Shown here: piece by piece, positions 27,115 to 40,543 of the stretch
Numbering within the stretch: position 1 is the first letter of the stretch
Layout of the letters: each line of letters begins with the position of its first letter
Origin: Geosiphon pyriformis uo1
Lineage: Eukaryota; Fungi; Glomeromycota
Assembly (NCBI GenBank): GCA_016748015.1
Contig: JAAOMT010000193.1
Span: 288,042-352,041, forward strand
Direction: 5' to 3'
DNA length: 64,000 nt
Made by a program: the position numbers and the translations under genes
Notes under the pieces: generated by a model
Databases searched by the model: none
What the model saw: the letters and a program-made list of their open reading frames with translations, nothing else
What the model was told of the DNA's origin: nothing

Positions 27115-29560
27115 TTAGAATTTCTTAACAATATCACTTTCATTACGTTTTGAAGTTGAGCTCACGCTGCTACGATTATCATTCAATCCAAAAACATTGA
27201 CCGGTAAAGTCCACGCATCGTTCTCAAATTCAAATTGTCTTGTCTCTCGTAACTCCCCTGAACGCCTTATAAAAATATCTTGTCGTTCATTTGATAATTG
27301 TTCTAGAGTTTTTCCTTTGGTCTCGGGAATCAAATACGTAAAACCGAATCCCAAAACCATAAATAGACTACACAATAAAAATAATTTATCAACGAACGCA
27401 TCTTTCTCGTCGTATAAACCCCGATTAGAAGATTTGTTGGAACCACCAAGATTTTTCAATTTTGAAAAAATCACTTGTGCAGTTATTGCTCCGAGTTTTC
27501 CGCTTGCCGCAGCGATTCCATAACCAGTTGATCGGTATCTGGAGGAAATAATGAACAAATTATTTTTTGAAATATCCATTTGAGATTAAAATATTTTTGA
27601 TTTTAATAAAAAAATTGGGATTTCCATACCTCGTTGGGAAGACTTCACCTGGTAACACAAAAGTTGTTGCATTCGGACCGAAATTACAAAAGAACTATTT
27701 AGTTTGAAATTTTGAGAATACAAATTCAAAATCAAATATTAGAATCATTGATATCCTTTACTTTATATATATATATATATATATCCCTCTCTCTCTCTCT
27801 CTCTCTCTCTCTCACAATACCCAAATTCTCAATGATATATACCTGAGCAAGAGTAAACATTAATCCAAAAAGAACTGAAGAGGTTTTCTTAATTTGATTA
27901 TACCAAAGTCCAAGTGCCAAAAATATGAGGGTTAACAAAGCGAATCCCATATATTGTATGGGTTTTCGACCCCATCGATCAATAAAGAACACAGTGAACC
28001 AATAACCAGGCACCGTTCCCAACAATGTCAACAAAATATTTCCAATGGAAACATTCCATAATGATGTCCATGGATCTTCGATCTGCGAGTCACCAGGTAA
28101 GACGAATTTTAACTCATGAAGAAAAGTCGTATTATTTAATCCGATCCCATAGAATGCTACATCAATACAAAACCAAGCCCCACATGTCCCTAAAAGAATT
28201 TTTCCGTTCTTCCATTGTCCGAAATAATTTTTGAAATCGGACCAAGAACCCACCGGGATGTTTGCTCTTGTGCGAGGCATAATTTGTGAGGGACGCGAGT
28301 TATATTTCAGATTTTTTAAAACACCGTCGATATCCGTTATCGCACCAGTGATATCACGTTCCACGTCCATACGATAACGTGGTGTTTCCGGGATCGTGAG
28401 ACGAAAATAGAGGGCGATAATTCCTGGAAGCGCACCCATACCGAGAACTATTCGCCATACATAATCAATGTAATCTTGATCTTCCCTTATTTCCTTTTTA
28501 AAGGCTGCGAGTGTTACGATTGCTACAATGATTGATGTAAGAATACCGAAACCTTGCATTGCAAATACGGTTGCCATCATGGCTCCTCTATTCTTTGCCG
28601 TTGCAAATTCACTAGTTATAACTTTTAGTAAATGATGTGTATGATTTAGGAGGAAGTTTAGTTTATCATGGATTCAGAAATTTCTGATAAATACATTTTT
28701 ATAATAGGTGAAATGAAATTTTTTTTTCAAGTAAACCCCGATAAAATGTAACATTAACTTACTAGCAGATAAAGGGTAATCTCCTCCAACACCAACTCCC
28801 AAGATAAATCTCCAAAATATAATCAAAGCATAAACCGAAATCCTTGGTCCACTTCCACTTAGTGCCGATGTAATTGTACAAAAGACAATAGTCCATAACT
28901 CTACTCCATACATCTATTTCGAAAATTTAATATTTTAGCAACATCTTGAACAATTGATCAATAATTGATTATGGGTAAAATATGGTTGCTATTTTCATGT
29001 TATCTATATATATATATATATATATATATATGTTTGTGTACCTTTTTCCGACCAACTTGATCAGCCAGTATTCCAAAAACTAATTGACCAAAGAATGTTC
29101 CTAATCCAGCACTAATTTTTAATGCTAATTCAATATTTCCAGAAATCCTGTTTCCATGAGATTTTTCATAGGCATAGCCTAGCATGATAGCGACCAAATT
29201 TATTGAAAATAAATCATAAGCATCTGTGAAAAAGCCAACACCTATGTGAGAAGAAGCAAGTAAAAATTGTAATTTAATAGAGGTTTTAGATTTTCAAAAA
29301 TATAAAAAAAAAAAAAAAATTGACAAACCAGCAACCAAACAAGCCCTAATATGAAACCATCCAAATTTAGCATTATCAATTTCGTTTAAAGCCCTCAGTC
29401 GTTTCTCATTTAACGTGTCAAAATTTTTTTCGTCGTCTTTGGAATGATTTGAGCATTGATCGATGATTGAGGCTCGAAATACGGATGAAGCATCAGATGA
29501 TATCGATTCGGTATCATTACTTGGCCGTTCTGTTTTTTCAAATTTTGCTATTGATTTCAT
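27115..29560 (-). CDS. PHO84: Inorganic phosphate:H+ symporter (PHO84/PHS family, MFS), 6 exons
   Basis: Exons 29560-29329, 29241-29042, 28913-28763, 28621-27843, 27694-27630 and 27538-27115. Signatures: GVGFFTDAYDLF, LADQVGRKKMYGVEL, GVGGDYPLSA.ITSEFA..RGAMM, FRLTIPETPRY, DVAFYGIGLN, GRKPIQ, FFCNFGPNATTF, SGKLGA, IPETKGKTLE. Confidence 0.96.
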
Positions 29561-29587
29561 TTCTTTCCAAGATATGTAGTTGTTCTT

Positions 29588-29756
29588 TGGTTAGTTAGTT
29601 GGTTGGTTGGTTGGTTGGTTGGTTGGTTGGTTGATTGATTGATACTTTTTATGAATCAACTAAATTAGCTTTATTTCTTAAAAAATTTCGGATGCAACTA
29701 TGATTCGCGTCGTTGTCTATATTTTAAAAGATTCAAAATGAATGATGAATGATAGC

Positions 29757-29795
<39 letters not shown>

Positions 29796-30347
29796 AAAAG
29801 GTTAAAAAGACAAATTCATTAAGAAGCTTGTTAAAAAACGAAGCTATCTAGGAATTTTGGATGAATTAGTTGTCAAGTCTTTTTAATAAATTAATTTTAT
29901 ACAAACAGAAACTGAGAATACCCTTTACAAAAATTCACAAGAGATTAGAACCTAACGTAATATAAATGAGGTTGTATTATTCAATTTACACCTACACAAA
30001 CTATTCAAGATCGAATGGCTAACCTTTTAAATTGAAAAAACGATTTTCCGATCTTTTTTATTTGTCTTTAATTTATATCGTAATAAGGTTTTGGAGTTTC
30101 TCTTATAATAATAATTGTACAATGTACTACTTTCTTTCTTCCTTTCTGCCTACCTACCTACCTACCTACCTATCTACAGCATAATTAAAATTTCTTTCTT
30201 AAACTGGAATATCTTGAATTGCATCAAGAATTGATTACATTTATCTTCACATTATAGCTTATCTAGAATTGAAAATAGTAACCAATTATTGTATTAAATA
30301 AAAGTTTTTCAAAATTTTATATAGGTGAGCAAAAACTTATAAGAGTG

Positions 30348-30382
<35 letters not shown>
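29588..30382. repeat. Cluster of microsatellites upstream of the phosphate transporter: (GGTT)n, (GAT)n, (CTAC)n, (TA)n
   Basis: Runs at ~29588-29643, 29757-29794, 30149-30176 and 30351-30382. Confidence 0.95.
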
Positions 30383-30386
<4 letters not shown>

Positions 30387-32001
30387 TAGACTTTAAAAAC
30401 TTTAAAATATTGTTTTTCCAGAAATTTTTAATAAAATCCGAAATAAAATAAAATGAATCAGTGATCTACTAATGCCTTATCTGTTGTATTGCAGAGATAA
30501 GTAAAGAGAGTAGAATTAGGATTAAAAATTCTACTTTGAAATAATCTCATATCATGAATAATGATCAATTCGGGAACCCCTGAATCGAGAATAAATGTTT
30601 CACAGATAACAAATGATTTGTACGTTCATATGAAGAAAAATTAAATGAGATTGCGTAAACATGATTCGAATGAAAGATATAAAAAAGCTATGTAACCAAA
30701 AGTGCATATCGTCCAAATTTATCTTTGAAAAAATTATTATTATTATTATTATTATAAATTTTATTTTTACAAATATATTTTTAATTTTTATATTCCATTA
30801 TACGATCAAAAGTTTTACAATTAAGAAATCTATTTATTTTTTGTCAGATTTTGAGATTTTAGAAATAATTAAATACAAAAAATAATATTGTAAGAAAATA
30901 AAGCAATAAGAAAAAACACGAAATATTCTTATTTGTATATTTTTAATTAAACACGAATTAATGATTATATTTTTTGTTAAAAATTTATTTGGCAAAAATT
31001 CAAAAAACTTATTTTTTTTTAAAAAAATTTTCCATTCATTCATGATTTAAAAATGCAAAAAAAAAAATTTTCTTTACTAAAGCCAATAATAAAATAGTGA
31101 TAAAATTATTCTTTATTGATTATTTGTGATTTTTTTTGAAAAATGTAACTTAATCAATCAATATTTACAGCAACGCATGCAAAAAATACATTAGAGTAAA
31201 TAAGGAAAACCAAATTTCTCATGAGATTTTATTAATCAATCAATCTAATAAACTTGTTTTGTTATATCTATTTTTCTGAAAAACTTAAAAAATATTCCCA
31301 TTTTGTACAAGGAAACGAGATTCGATTTTCACTTAACAAGTCAATAGAAAAATAAGATTTTGTAAGAGTATTTGAATGAAAATATTTTAGCGTCTTTGTC
31401 TGATGACTAAGGTTGGTGTTGTCAAAAGTTTTGTCAATCTTGAGAAATAAGGTGAAAGATAGAAAGTTCAATTCTATAAAAAATTATATTCTCAACTTTC
31501 CCACAAAGCTTCCTTTATATCCAGGCACAAATTTCCAGAGGATTGGTTTAGATTGAGTTCTTATATTCTATATTTAATGCATTTTTGGATCATTCATCAA
31601 AGGAAACCCTGGTACCCTCCATTGAAACCTAAAATCGAATAAATCTTTCTTAAAATGTAGATTTTTTCACCTTAAATTAGGCATTTTTAGACTTTGACTT
31701 CAAAGGTTTAGATGATGCCAATTTATAGGACTAATAATTGAAAATTTTATAAAAGAAAGCATAAAGTTTACAACTAATAGTTTCGCTTTATCATCTCCAT
31801 ATTTTACTCGGTATATTCTTACCACATAAGAAACCCATATAAAAAGTTCTGTGAAAGTACAAATGGGTATACAAAAAGATTTCGCCAAACTGGATATTTC
31901 ATTAGACCTCAGTTCAAAATTGTTTGTATTTGCAAATTTACAAAACAAATTTCCAATACTTTATTGGGTTTCATTTTACGATCTGATTTTCTATTTAAAC
32001 G

Positions 32002-32275
32002 CTTCTTCTTCTTCTTCTTCTTCTTCTTCTTCTTCTTCTTCTTCTTCTTCTTCTTCTTCTTCTTCTTCTTCTTCTTCTTCTTCTTCTTCTTCTTCTTTTC
32101 TTCTTCTTCTTCTTCTTCTTCTTCTTCTTCTTCTTCTTCTTCTTCTTCTTCTTCTTCTTCTTCTTCTTCTTCTTCTTCTTCTTCTTCTTCTTCTTCTTCT
32201 TCTTCTTCTTCTTCTTCTTCTTCTTCTTCTTCTTCTTCTTCTTCTTCTTCTTCTTCTTCTTCTTCTTCTTCTTCT
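32002..32275. repeat. Long (TTC)n microsatellite with one phase break near 32097
   Basis: Directly visible. It explains the poly-S/L/F/E/K/R ORFs. Confidence 0.99.
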
Positions 32276-33109
32276 TTTTGTGATTGATCAAGATGCAATA
32301 ATCATAGGCTTGCTTTCGGGTGAAAATTATTAATTAGTAATATATCTGATATTAGCATGCCAATTTAAATAATTTACTTGAAAAAAATAAATCTCCCGAT
32401 TGCAGACAATACGAAATGTTTGTTAAAAGATTTATATATATATTGAAGGCATTTCTTGTTAAATTTTAAATTTTAAATTTTCGATATGAATTATTGCAAA
32501 TTTTGGAATGGTTATTAAGGAAATTTATTGAATGTATGGCTCAGGCAGCAACAAAGAAGATTCAATAAGTATTAATTATGAGGTAAACATTAAAGAAAGT
32601 GAAATTTAATTAATCATAAAAATTAAAAGTGTTTTTAAATATATCTTAACAATACATAAATATGAAACTCATTATAAATTCTTCCTTGGACAACATCGAA
32701 AATAACACAGAGTGAACTAAAAATTATGAACGTGACTACTTACTTAATGGCTATGCTGATTTATTATGCTCTAAACTCAGAGCCGAAAGTTAAACAGAGA
32801 AACAAAAATATCTTTTCATTATTTTAATTACTTCTCTGGATCATTCCATTCTTTTATATTTTATCTTGAAATTTTGCTTCATCTCCCGTCTCACCATAAT
32901 TATCAACTTTAATAAATTTCTTTGAAGCGGTTTATTTGCTATTTCTTAAATTTTAAAAGCTATTAAAAAAAACACATTACACACATTGGTAAACGATCGT
33001 TTTCAAAAAAGGCTTGATTAGATTTAGGTTAAAAAAAAAATCAAACGACTTTACAATGAGACAATAAAAAAAAATAGAAAATTTGTGTACTATATAGAAT
33101 ACTTAAACC

Positions 33110-33138
33110 TATTTATTTATTTATTTATTTATTTATTT

Positions 33139-33190
<52 letters not shown>

Positions 33191-33232
33191 TCTACTTATT
33201 TACTTATTTACTTATTTATTTATTTATTTATT
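33110..33232. repeat. (TTTA)n microsatellite
   Basis: Directly visible tetranucleotide run. Confidence 0.97.
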
Positions 33233-33569
33233 AGAGAATGATTAGTTTAATGAATAACATTACTTTTCAAAGTTCTTTAAAAAAAAATACCTGTCTTTAA
33301 CAAATATTATCTAATTTTTAAAAATAATTCATTTTTAAAAATATTTAATTACACATGTTAAAATTTATAGCCTAATAATATTTTTTCAGATATGTATGAA
33401 TAAAGCTTTATAATTATACTAAATTTACTATTTATTCAACAAATATGATTTTAATATCCCTTAATAGAAATATTAATTATTAAAAATAACTAATAATTTC
33501 ATGTTAGCCTGATTAAATTGATATTCTCCAACTTATTAATTTATAAAAATTTTCTTGTATATATTATAG

Positions 33570-34000
33570 TGTTAGGTGTAATGGTAATAGTTATGCGCTT
33601 ATTGCAAGCAGTTCTTTTCGAAGCTTTTGGTAAGCAGATGTTTAGGCAGAACGGGAATGTAGCTAATAAGCCTTAAGAGCTTGCCACGAACATTTCGTTT
33701 ATTAATTTTTAAAATTCATATATGGGTTTCTTCGGATCGTGCTTTGATTTCGATTATTATAACAAAATAATAAATCTCTGCACGGTTTTACCAGTTTGTG
33801 AGGAGTAAATATTTGTGAACGACTAGGACGATACATATTCGATATCTTGTCATTACTAATAAGGAGGGTGACATATTATTGATAGGAGAGAATGGAAATA
33901 CTAGTTTTTTTGACGATTTCAGTTGCATTGCGGTGACAGTTTACGCCAAAAGAACTTAAAGACTTCACAATTCAATTTTACGGTGGATAAACAAAATTGG
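33570..34000 (-). pseudogene. Possible Tc1/IS630-like transposase N-terminal remnant
   Basis: The minus strand reads CHRNATEIVKKTSISI..YRPSRSQIFTP and ..YIPVLPKHLLTKSFEKNCLQ*AHNY. These resemble the Tc1 HTH, GRP linker and P.LT..H...R..WA segments. No TIRs or DDE found. Confidence 0.4.
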
Positions 34001-37000
34001 TAGCGGTGGTAATAAATAGGAGGTTTAGTGATATCAAAAGATAAATAAAAATAACATTTACGTATCGGCGGCATTTTAAATCGCGATAAATTTTGTTACT
34101 ATTGTTACTTTCCAAAGAATGAATTCATTCTATTAATTGATTTGTTTAACTATGTGAATATAGAAAAATAACATAATATATAAACTCTGCTTTTAAAAAA
34201 CTACTTTCTAAATCTAATATATTTTAAAAGCTTTAAAAAAATTCTCTTCAAATAATAAACTATTCAATTTTATTCTTTATCCTTTATTATAGGAAATAAA
34301 TAAATTAAAAAAAGAAAACTCATTATTATGCTCATGATTGCAACCTTCGTGAATTTTTATCAAGAGTTATTCGTCCAACTAATTTACTTTAGATAATAGA
34401 TATAAAATTAAATTTTCGATAATATTATAGTTTTATTTTTGCATCAAATAAATAATATTTTTCATTGAATTTTTGTTTCATAACAAATATTTTATTTCAA
34501 AGTTTTTTATAAAAATAAAAAATACTATTTTTAGAAGCTGAAATTATTATTTTGAATAGAAAAAAGAAAAAAAAATTTACCGATTTTTATATGTTTATTC
34601 GTATCAATAAAATATATATATATATAAACAATGTTTTTTAAGATTAGAGCTTTCATTAATAAATTTATTTTTCTTTATTTTTTTATTTAACATTATTAAA
34701 CAAATTTAAAAAATGATCAAGCACAAAATATTTCTTAATTATTATTTAATACTCATAAAAAATGATTCCAATCTTACTTATAATTTAATATCTCATTGAA
34801 GTATAAACATATGAAAAAATTAGATAAATTGAGCTTCACTGTAATTATAGATGCAATCAAAAAATGCTTAAAACACTTAAATGTTTTATTTTATTATTTT
34901 TATAATAATTAAAAATATAAATAATAGTAATTAGTATATAATATAAATTTGAAATAAAAAATTTACCCTAGGAGGAGTAATTTTGATAAATGAATTTCCA
35001 TATCCGGTATATGTTTAAATAAAATTAATAAAAATTAATAAATTATTAGAATATGCCAAAAACATGTCACATTCCCCCCATGCTATTTAATTTTATTAAA
35101 AAAATATGTTAAACTCATAATGTAGAGTATACTATAAGTTGCTCTTTTCCAATATAGTAATCTAGAAAGTATTTGTTTGATAAAACAAAATTTCCTTTTC
35201 GAATCCCAATTCAAAACATTTCATGAGTTCATATAAATTATATAATTTTATAACGAATCCATTTTCTTTCTTTCTTTCTTTCTTTCTTTCTTTTTAGCGA
35301 TTTTACTATAAGACATTATAAAATTATTATCATATTTCTTCCAATTATATACTATGACATATTTTAACACTGATTCAGTTCGAAGATATGATATTTGAAT
35401 TTGTTGTTGTTTAATTTCCACAGTACCATTAACTTGAATAACACATAGAAACCCACAAGATATAATATTTGCATTATTTTGATAAATTGGAAATTTAGGA
35501 CCAAGACCTGTTGTTTCTGACTTCAAAATTTGTCATAATTACACCAAAAATTAATAATAATAATAACAACAACAACCACAATATATCTTAATCTAAACCT
35601 TTTATCAATTGTGACAAAATATTTTAACATCTTTAAATATTTTTCAGATTTAAGCTTTTTAGAAACATTAGCTGATTTGATACTTTTATTAAAATAAGTT
35701 TTAATTTGCTATTTTTTTTGTCTATTTCATAATAGATTTTATAATAAACTGGTTTTTAATCAAAAAAATATTATAAAATTATTACTTAACCAAATAATCT
35801 ACTTTATTTTTTGCTTAAAGATTACTTCCTAAATAAAATTGTTTTTAACTGTAAATCTCAATTTTTTTCTTAGTTTTAAAAATATTCTCTTAAGCTTTTT
35901 AATAGCAAAATTTTCTGTTTTTAACATTTTACTTCTAAACTAACAATCAAATTAAACATATTATTCAAGTTCTAAAACAATATTTGTAATGCTTTGTTAA
36001 TTATTAGCAAAATAATTGGCTTAATTTATAAATTTTACATATAATAATATTGTTTTTTTTGTTAAACTTTAAATAAAACTTTTAATTTATTTTTTATTGT
36101 TAAAATATCAGTAAAATTTTTGTTAAAAATATGCTGCAAAATTAAAAAAAAATTAAAATTTAAAATTAATATTAAACAATACAAAAACATTAATGTTTAA
36201 AACTAATAATAATGTCTGGTTCTTATATTATAATATTAAAACAATTAAACTATATAATAAATTGAATTATAAAAAACTCTGTTTATTTTCAATAATCTAT
36301 TAAATTGACTTTGTAATTTGCAAATTAAAACTTTTTATAATTTAAACTTTTTTTTACAATTTCCAAAATTCATTCCTAATTTTGGTTAAAAAAAGAGCTT
36401 TGGAATAGTGACAAGTATTTTTCTGTAATTAGTATATTTTTTTAATTACGTTGTTTAATCTGTATTTTATTTTCTGGCAAAAAATGGTAAAATCTGTTTT
36501 CTGGTAAATAAATACATTGTTTTTTTACTAATTGTGCAATGGTTTTTTTTGAGTATTTGAACAAGTTTTTTTAATTTTCGCTGGTTTTTTTCACAATTAA
36601 TTTTTGGTTTTTCTTTGGCTTTATTGACATATTTTTCGGTATTTTTTGTAGATATTTGATAATTTTTTTTAGCATATTGTTCAATTCTATGGTGAATTTT
36701 AACAATAGTTACAGCTATCATTGCTGTTTTTTTGGTAGTATATTGTAACAAATTTCTATATAATTCAAGTTTTGTGTCATGTATTTCTTTTTTTTTCTTA
36801 TGTGATAATTTATTCTGGTATTAATATAATATGTAAAAGCAGATTCAATTAAACAATACTCTTTTAATAATCTAAAATTATTTTAATATTGTAAATAAAG
36901 AACATGACAAAATTCAAGAACAGTGAGTTTAGAGGTTTTTGTTATTACTTTTGTATTTGTTTTTTTTAGCAATAAATAATTGCTAATTATTATTATTTTT

Positions 37001-37509
37001 AATTTTTTTTACTGGTAAAACTTACTAAATATTACAGAAGTGTTTTTTTAGTATATTAATTGTTAATATTTTTAGTTTAATTATGATTAGTTTTTTATAA
37101 AAATTTTAATTCTAATTGTATAATACTATTAATATATAATAAAAGTTTTCTGTTGATGTTACAATATAAGCTTTTTCTTAAATTTTAATTGTTGTTGTAT
37201 ATTTATGTACTTTTTTTTAAAAGCTAATTTGAAATTTACTTACTGTTATTGAGATCTTCTCTAAAACTATTTTTGTAATTGTTTGAATTGTTTTTTTAAT
37301 CTAAAAACATATATTATTAATAGTTTTTTAGCATTTTTTTCAATTTTATAATAAATGTTTTATTAATTAGTAATAACATATATAATTTTAATTAGAAATT
37401 ATTCTTCTAAAGAATTCAATTAATAAATAATAGTTTCATTTACTAAATAATATATAAGTAAGTTTTATAATATTTTTATTATAATAATTTAGTTTTTAAT
37501 ATTATATTT

Positions 37510-39589
37510 ATTATTATTGTTATAATTAGATATAATATATTAACAAATAACAATAAAAATAATTAAAAAATAATTTAACTTTAATAAGTAAAATATTTTA
37601 ATGAAAATTTAATATATATAAAGTTAATTTTATAAATATTTTAATTGCTATTTTTTTTAAAAGATAACAAAATATCTGAAAATAAAAAAATAGTTTATAT
37701 TATTAACAAAAAATAATATATTAATATAATTTTATGTTTTACATTAACATTTTTAGAATTTAATATCAAATATTAATTGTATTTTTTAATAAATATTTAT
37801 TTAATATATTTTACAAAAACTAAAAATTTTACAAATTAAAAAAAGAAAAAAAATAACGAAAAAAATAAAAACATTAATATTATTATATTATATTAATCTT
37901 TACTTTAAATTTAATTTAAGTGTAAATAATTTTTAATAGCTTTAAAAAATCTTACTTATATATTTTTAAAAAAATTAATAATTAGATTAGTAATTATATT
38001 AATAATTTAGTTAATAACTAAATCAATAATTAATTCAATAATTAATTTAATAATTATATTAATAACTATTTTTAAATAATAAAATAACTAATTAAAAATA
38101 TCAGTAACTAATATATGTAATTAATTATAGTTAAATAAATAAATAAAAACTAAAAAATAAAAGTTTTAATTATAATATTATGTTTGAATAATTTATACTA
38201 TTTATGATTTTTATCCAATTTTTGAATTATAATACTAATTATTAAAAATTTAATTATTTTCTAAAAATAGAATAATTGATATTAAAAACTAAAAATTGTA
38301 ATTAATTTATTTTATATTTAAGATAAAAGATCATAAAAACAATAAAATTAGTTGTTTTTACTTATTTTAATATATTTTAAGTTTTGTAATTAATTGTGTT
38401 ATAAAAATATTGTTATAATATAACATTTAAAATTGTATAAAATAAGTTATACTTAAAGCAACTTTAAACAAATAAGCTTTGTTTTTTTAAAATATATTGA
38501 GTAATTTATAATACAAAATAAAAAACTTAATTAAATACTTGGTTTAATATTGAAACTTATCAAAAAATGACTTAAATTTAATAATTAAAATTTAAAAAAA
38601 ATAAAATTATAACAACTTATAATAATAAAATACAATTTTACAAACTTACTTTTAATGTTTTTTATATATATATAAAAATAATATATAAATAAATAAATTA
38701 TTTATTTTGGTTTTTTTAAGTACTAAAATTGTATAAATTTTGTAATAAATTTTAAATTACTTATAACATAATTAATCAATAAAAATTGGTTATTAATATT
38801 TTAAAAATATATAACAACTTTGATTTTTTGGTCAATAGTTTTTTTTTAATAATATTAATTTTTTAAAAATATTTTTAATAAAAAAATTAATTAGTAAACA
38901 AAACAAAAATTAATGTTTATATTATATAAATTATAAATTATTATATATTTAAATATAAATATAAAAAATATGTAATTATATATATTTATTTTGCAGTTAT
39001 ATAAATATTAGTATTATTTATAACAATAAAAACAATTTTAGTATTTATTGTTTCTAGTTTAGTAATCATATTTGATGTTTTTTATATTTAAACTAATATT
39101 AAAAATTTTTTAAACATAAAATTTTTCTTTAAATAACAATATAACAGTTTTTAAAAAATATTTATTCTTAATATTTGTTTATTTTTATATATTAAAATTA
39201 TACTTATTGAATTTTTTTTTAAAACAACTTTTATAAATTTATTAATATTATTAACAACTTTATTTAAAATTTGCTTATTTAATTTTTAATTATTAAAAAG
39301 TATAAAAAGAAAACTTAAAAATTTAAAACATTGTTTTGTTTTAGGATTATTAACCCAAAACAAAAACCATTTATAAGAAACTGTTATTTAAAACAAAAGT
39401 TTGTTAAATTGTTTTTGATCTTTATTTGTTAATGATTGAACTATTACTTTTTTGAATAAAATAAAAAAATATGATGTATTTAAAGTAGGTTTTTGATTAT
39501 TCACTATTTTTAATTAATATTTAAATCAGTTATCAATAATAAATACTTAATATACAAGGTTTTTTATTTGTAAATAATGAAGCTATTAC
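37510..39589 (-). mobile_element. Degenerate hAT-like transposon copy; diverged inverted copy of 43916-46145
   Basis: The reverse complement aligns by eye to 43916-46145 with transitions and indels. It ends exactly at the Nextera adapter. Confidence 0.75.
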
Positions 39590-39608
39590 CTGTCTCTTAT
39601 ACACATCT
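39590..39608 (+). other. Tn5 mosaic end / Nextera adapter (sequencing artefact)
   Basis: Exact 19-mer CTGTCTCTTATACACATCT joining two unrelated segments. Confidence 0.97.
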
Positions 39609-40387
39609 TCATTAATAGTGCTAATTCCCGTAACATTGATGACAAGGATCAGAGGCAGTAGCTGGTCGATTTGTCTTTTTGATACAGTATCACCCATTCT
39701 ATAAATAAAGATAAAGTTAATACTTTTTAATTTTGATTAGAAATTATTCTTTATTTTATACCCTATTGGAACATCCAAGATATTCTACGTATGCCAACTT
39801 TGAATTTGAATTTTTGTTTTACAATTGTAATCTCCTTCACATACCTTAATATTCAATAAAATAATATTATATATATAGAAGTATAATTCATATAAATAAC
39901 AATCTCTTACCCGCTTCTTATGCATACAGTCATGATCTAGAATTTTGTAGCCGTTACTAAGACTACCACCTCCTAGGGATACCGTATCAAACATATATAA
40001 GTCTAACACTGAGGGTACTTCTATAAGTGGCACTTGTATGCATCGAATAGTTGACAATAATGGGCGCCAAATGGCCTTTTTTGTTTCAATAAAGCTAGTA
40101 GACAAAGCATAATCGCCCATTAGTGATAATGTTATGGTAGTAAAGATAATATACCTTTACCTTCTTTACACATTTTATATATTTCATTTTCTCACTTGAT
40201 ACGATCACGGGGTTTACAGGTTTTTACCCTATTGCAGGTTTTACCCAATCTATTGCCGGTTTTTACTAATCTATCGCAGGTTTTTACTAATCTATCGCAG
40301 GTTTTTACTAATCTATCGCAGGTTTTACATTAGATGGCTGATCATCGCAGGTTTTACTATTTGTTATCTCAGATTTCACCCTGTCGT
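39609..40387 (-). mobile_element. 5' half of a TIR DNA element carrying a USP-like protease gene fragment
   Basis: The minus-strand terminus ACGACAGGGTGAAATCTGAGAT.. starts at 40387. Internal ~22-bp repeats (CTATCGCAGGTTTTTACTAAT) lie at 40215-40360. Spliced exons read ..FIETKKAIWRP..DHDCMHKKR|VCEGDYNCKTKIQIQSWHT*NILDVPIG|MGDT.. 39609-39782 is a near-identical inverted copy of 42762-42935. Confidence 0.7.
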
Positions 40388-40543
40388 ATCATAACTCTGG
40401 CTGTATTTTATTTTTTTGTGCTCTTTTCTCGTGTTCTCACTCCTTGCCTCGGTAAATGAAAAAAAACTTCTCAAATTCAAAGGGTTTATATTTTTTGGAA
40501 TCCTCTAAACTTATTGTCAAACCAATAAATCGAGAAAAGATAT

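Noticed and set aside
31500-31990. Possible second lipase-like pseudogene (LAKSFC..LLVVNF on the minus strand)
   Set aside because: The similarity is too weak and no elbow or TFGQPR motif was found.
31851-32333. Homopolymeric ORFs (poly-S/L/F/E/K/R); likewise 17196-17548
   Set aside because: These are translations of microsatellites.
35248-35526. 92-aa minus-strand ORF
   Set aside because: Non-ATG start, ends in a (TTTC)n run, and has no recognisable domain.
35600-37500. Possible Helitron N-terminal remnant on the minus strand (TCHYSKALF, ANYKVNL)
   Set aside because: Only two short decayed motifs, with no Rep/helicase motifs or termini. Left as unassigned degenerate repeat DNA.
39590-39608. 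Possible horizontally acquired Tn5/IS50 end
   Set aside because: It is the synthetic mosaic end used in Nextera libraries, with no transposase nearby.
40215-40360. ~22-bp direct repeats suggestive of a CRISPR array or iterons
   Set aside because: There are no unique spacers or cas genes and the context is eukaryotic. The repeats are explained as subterminal TIR repeats.
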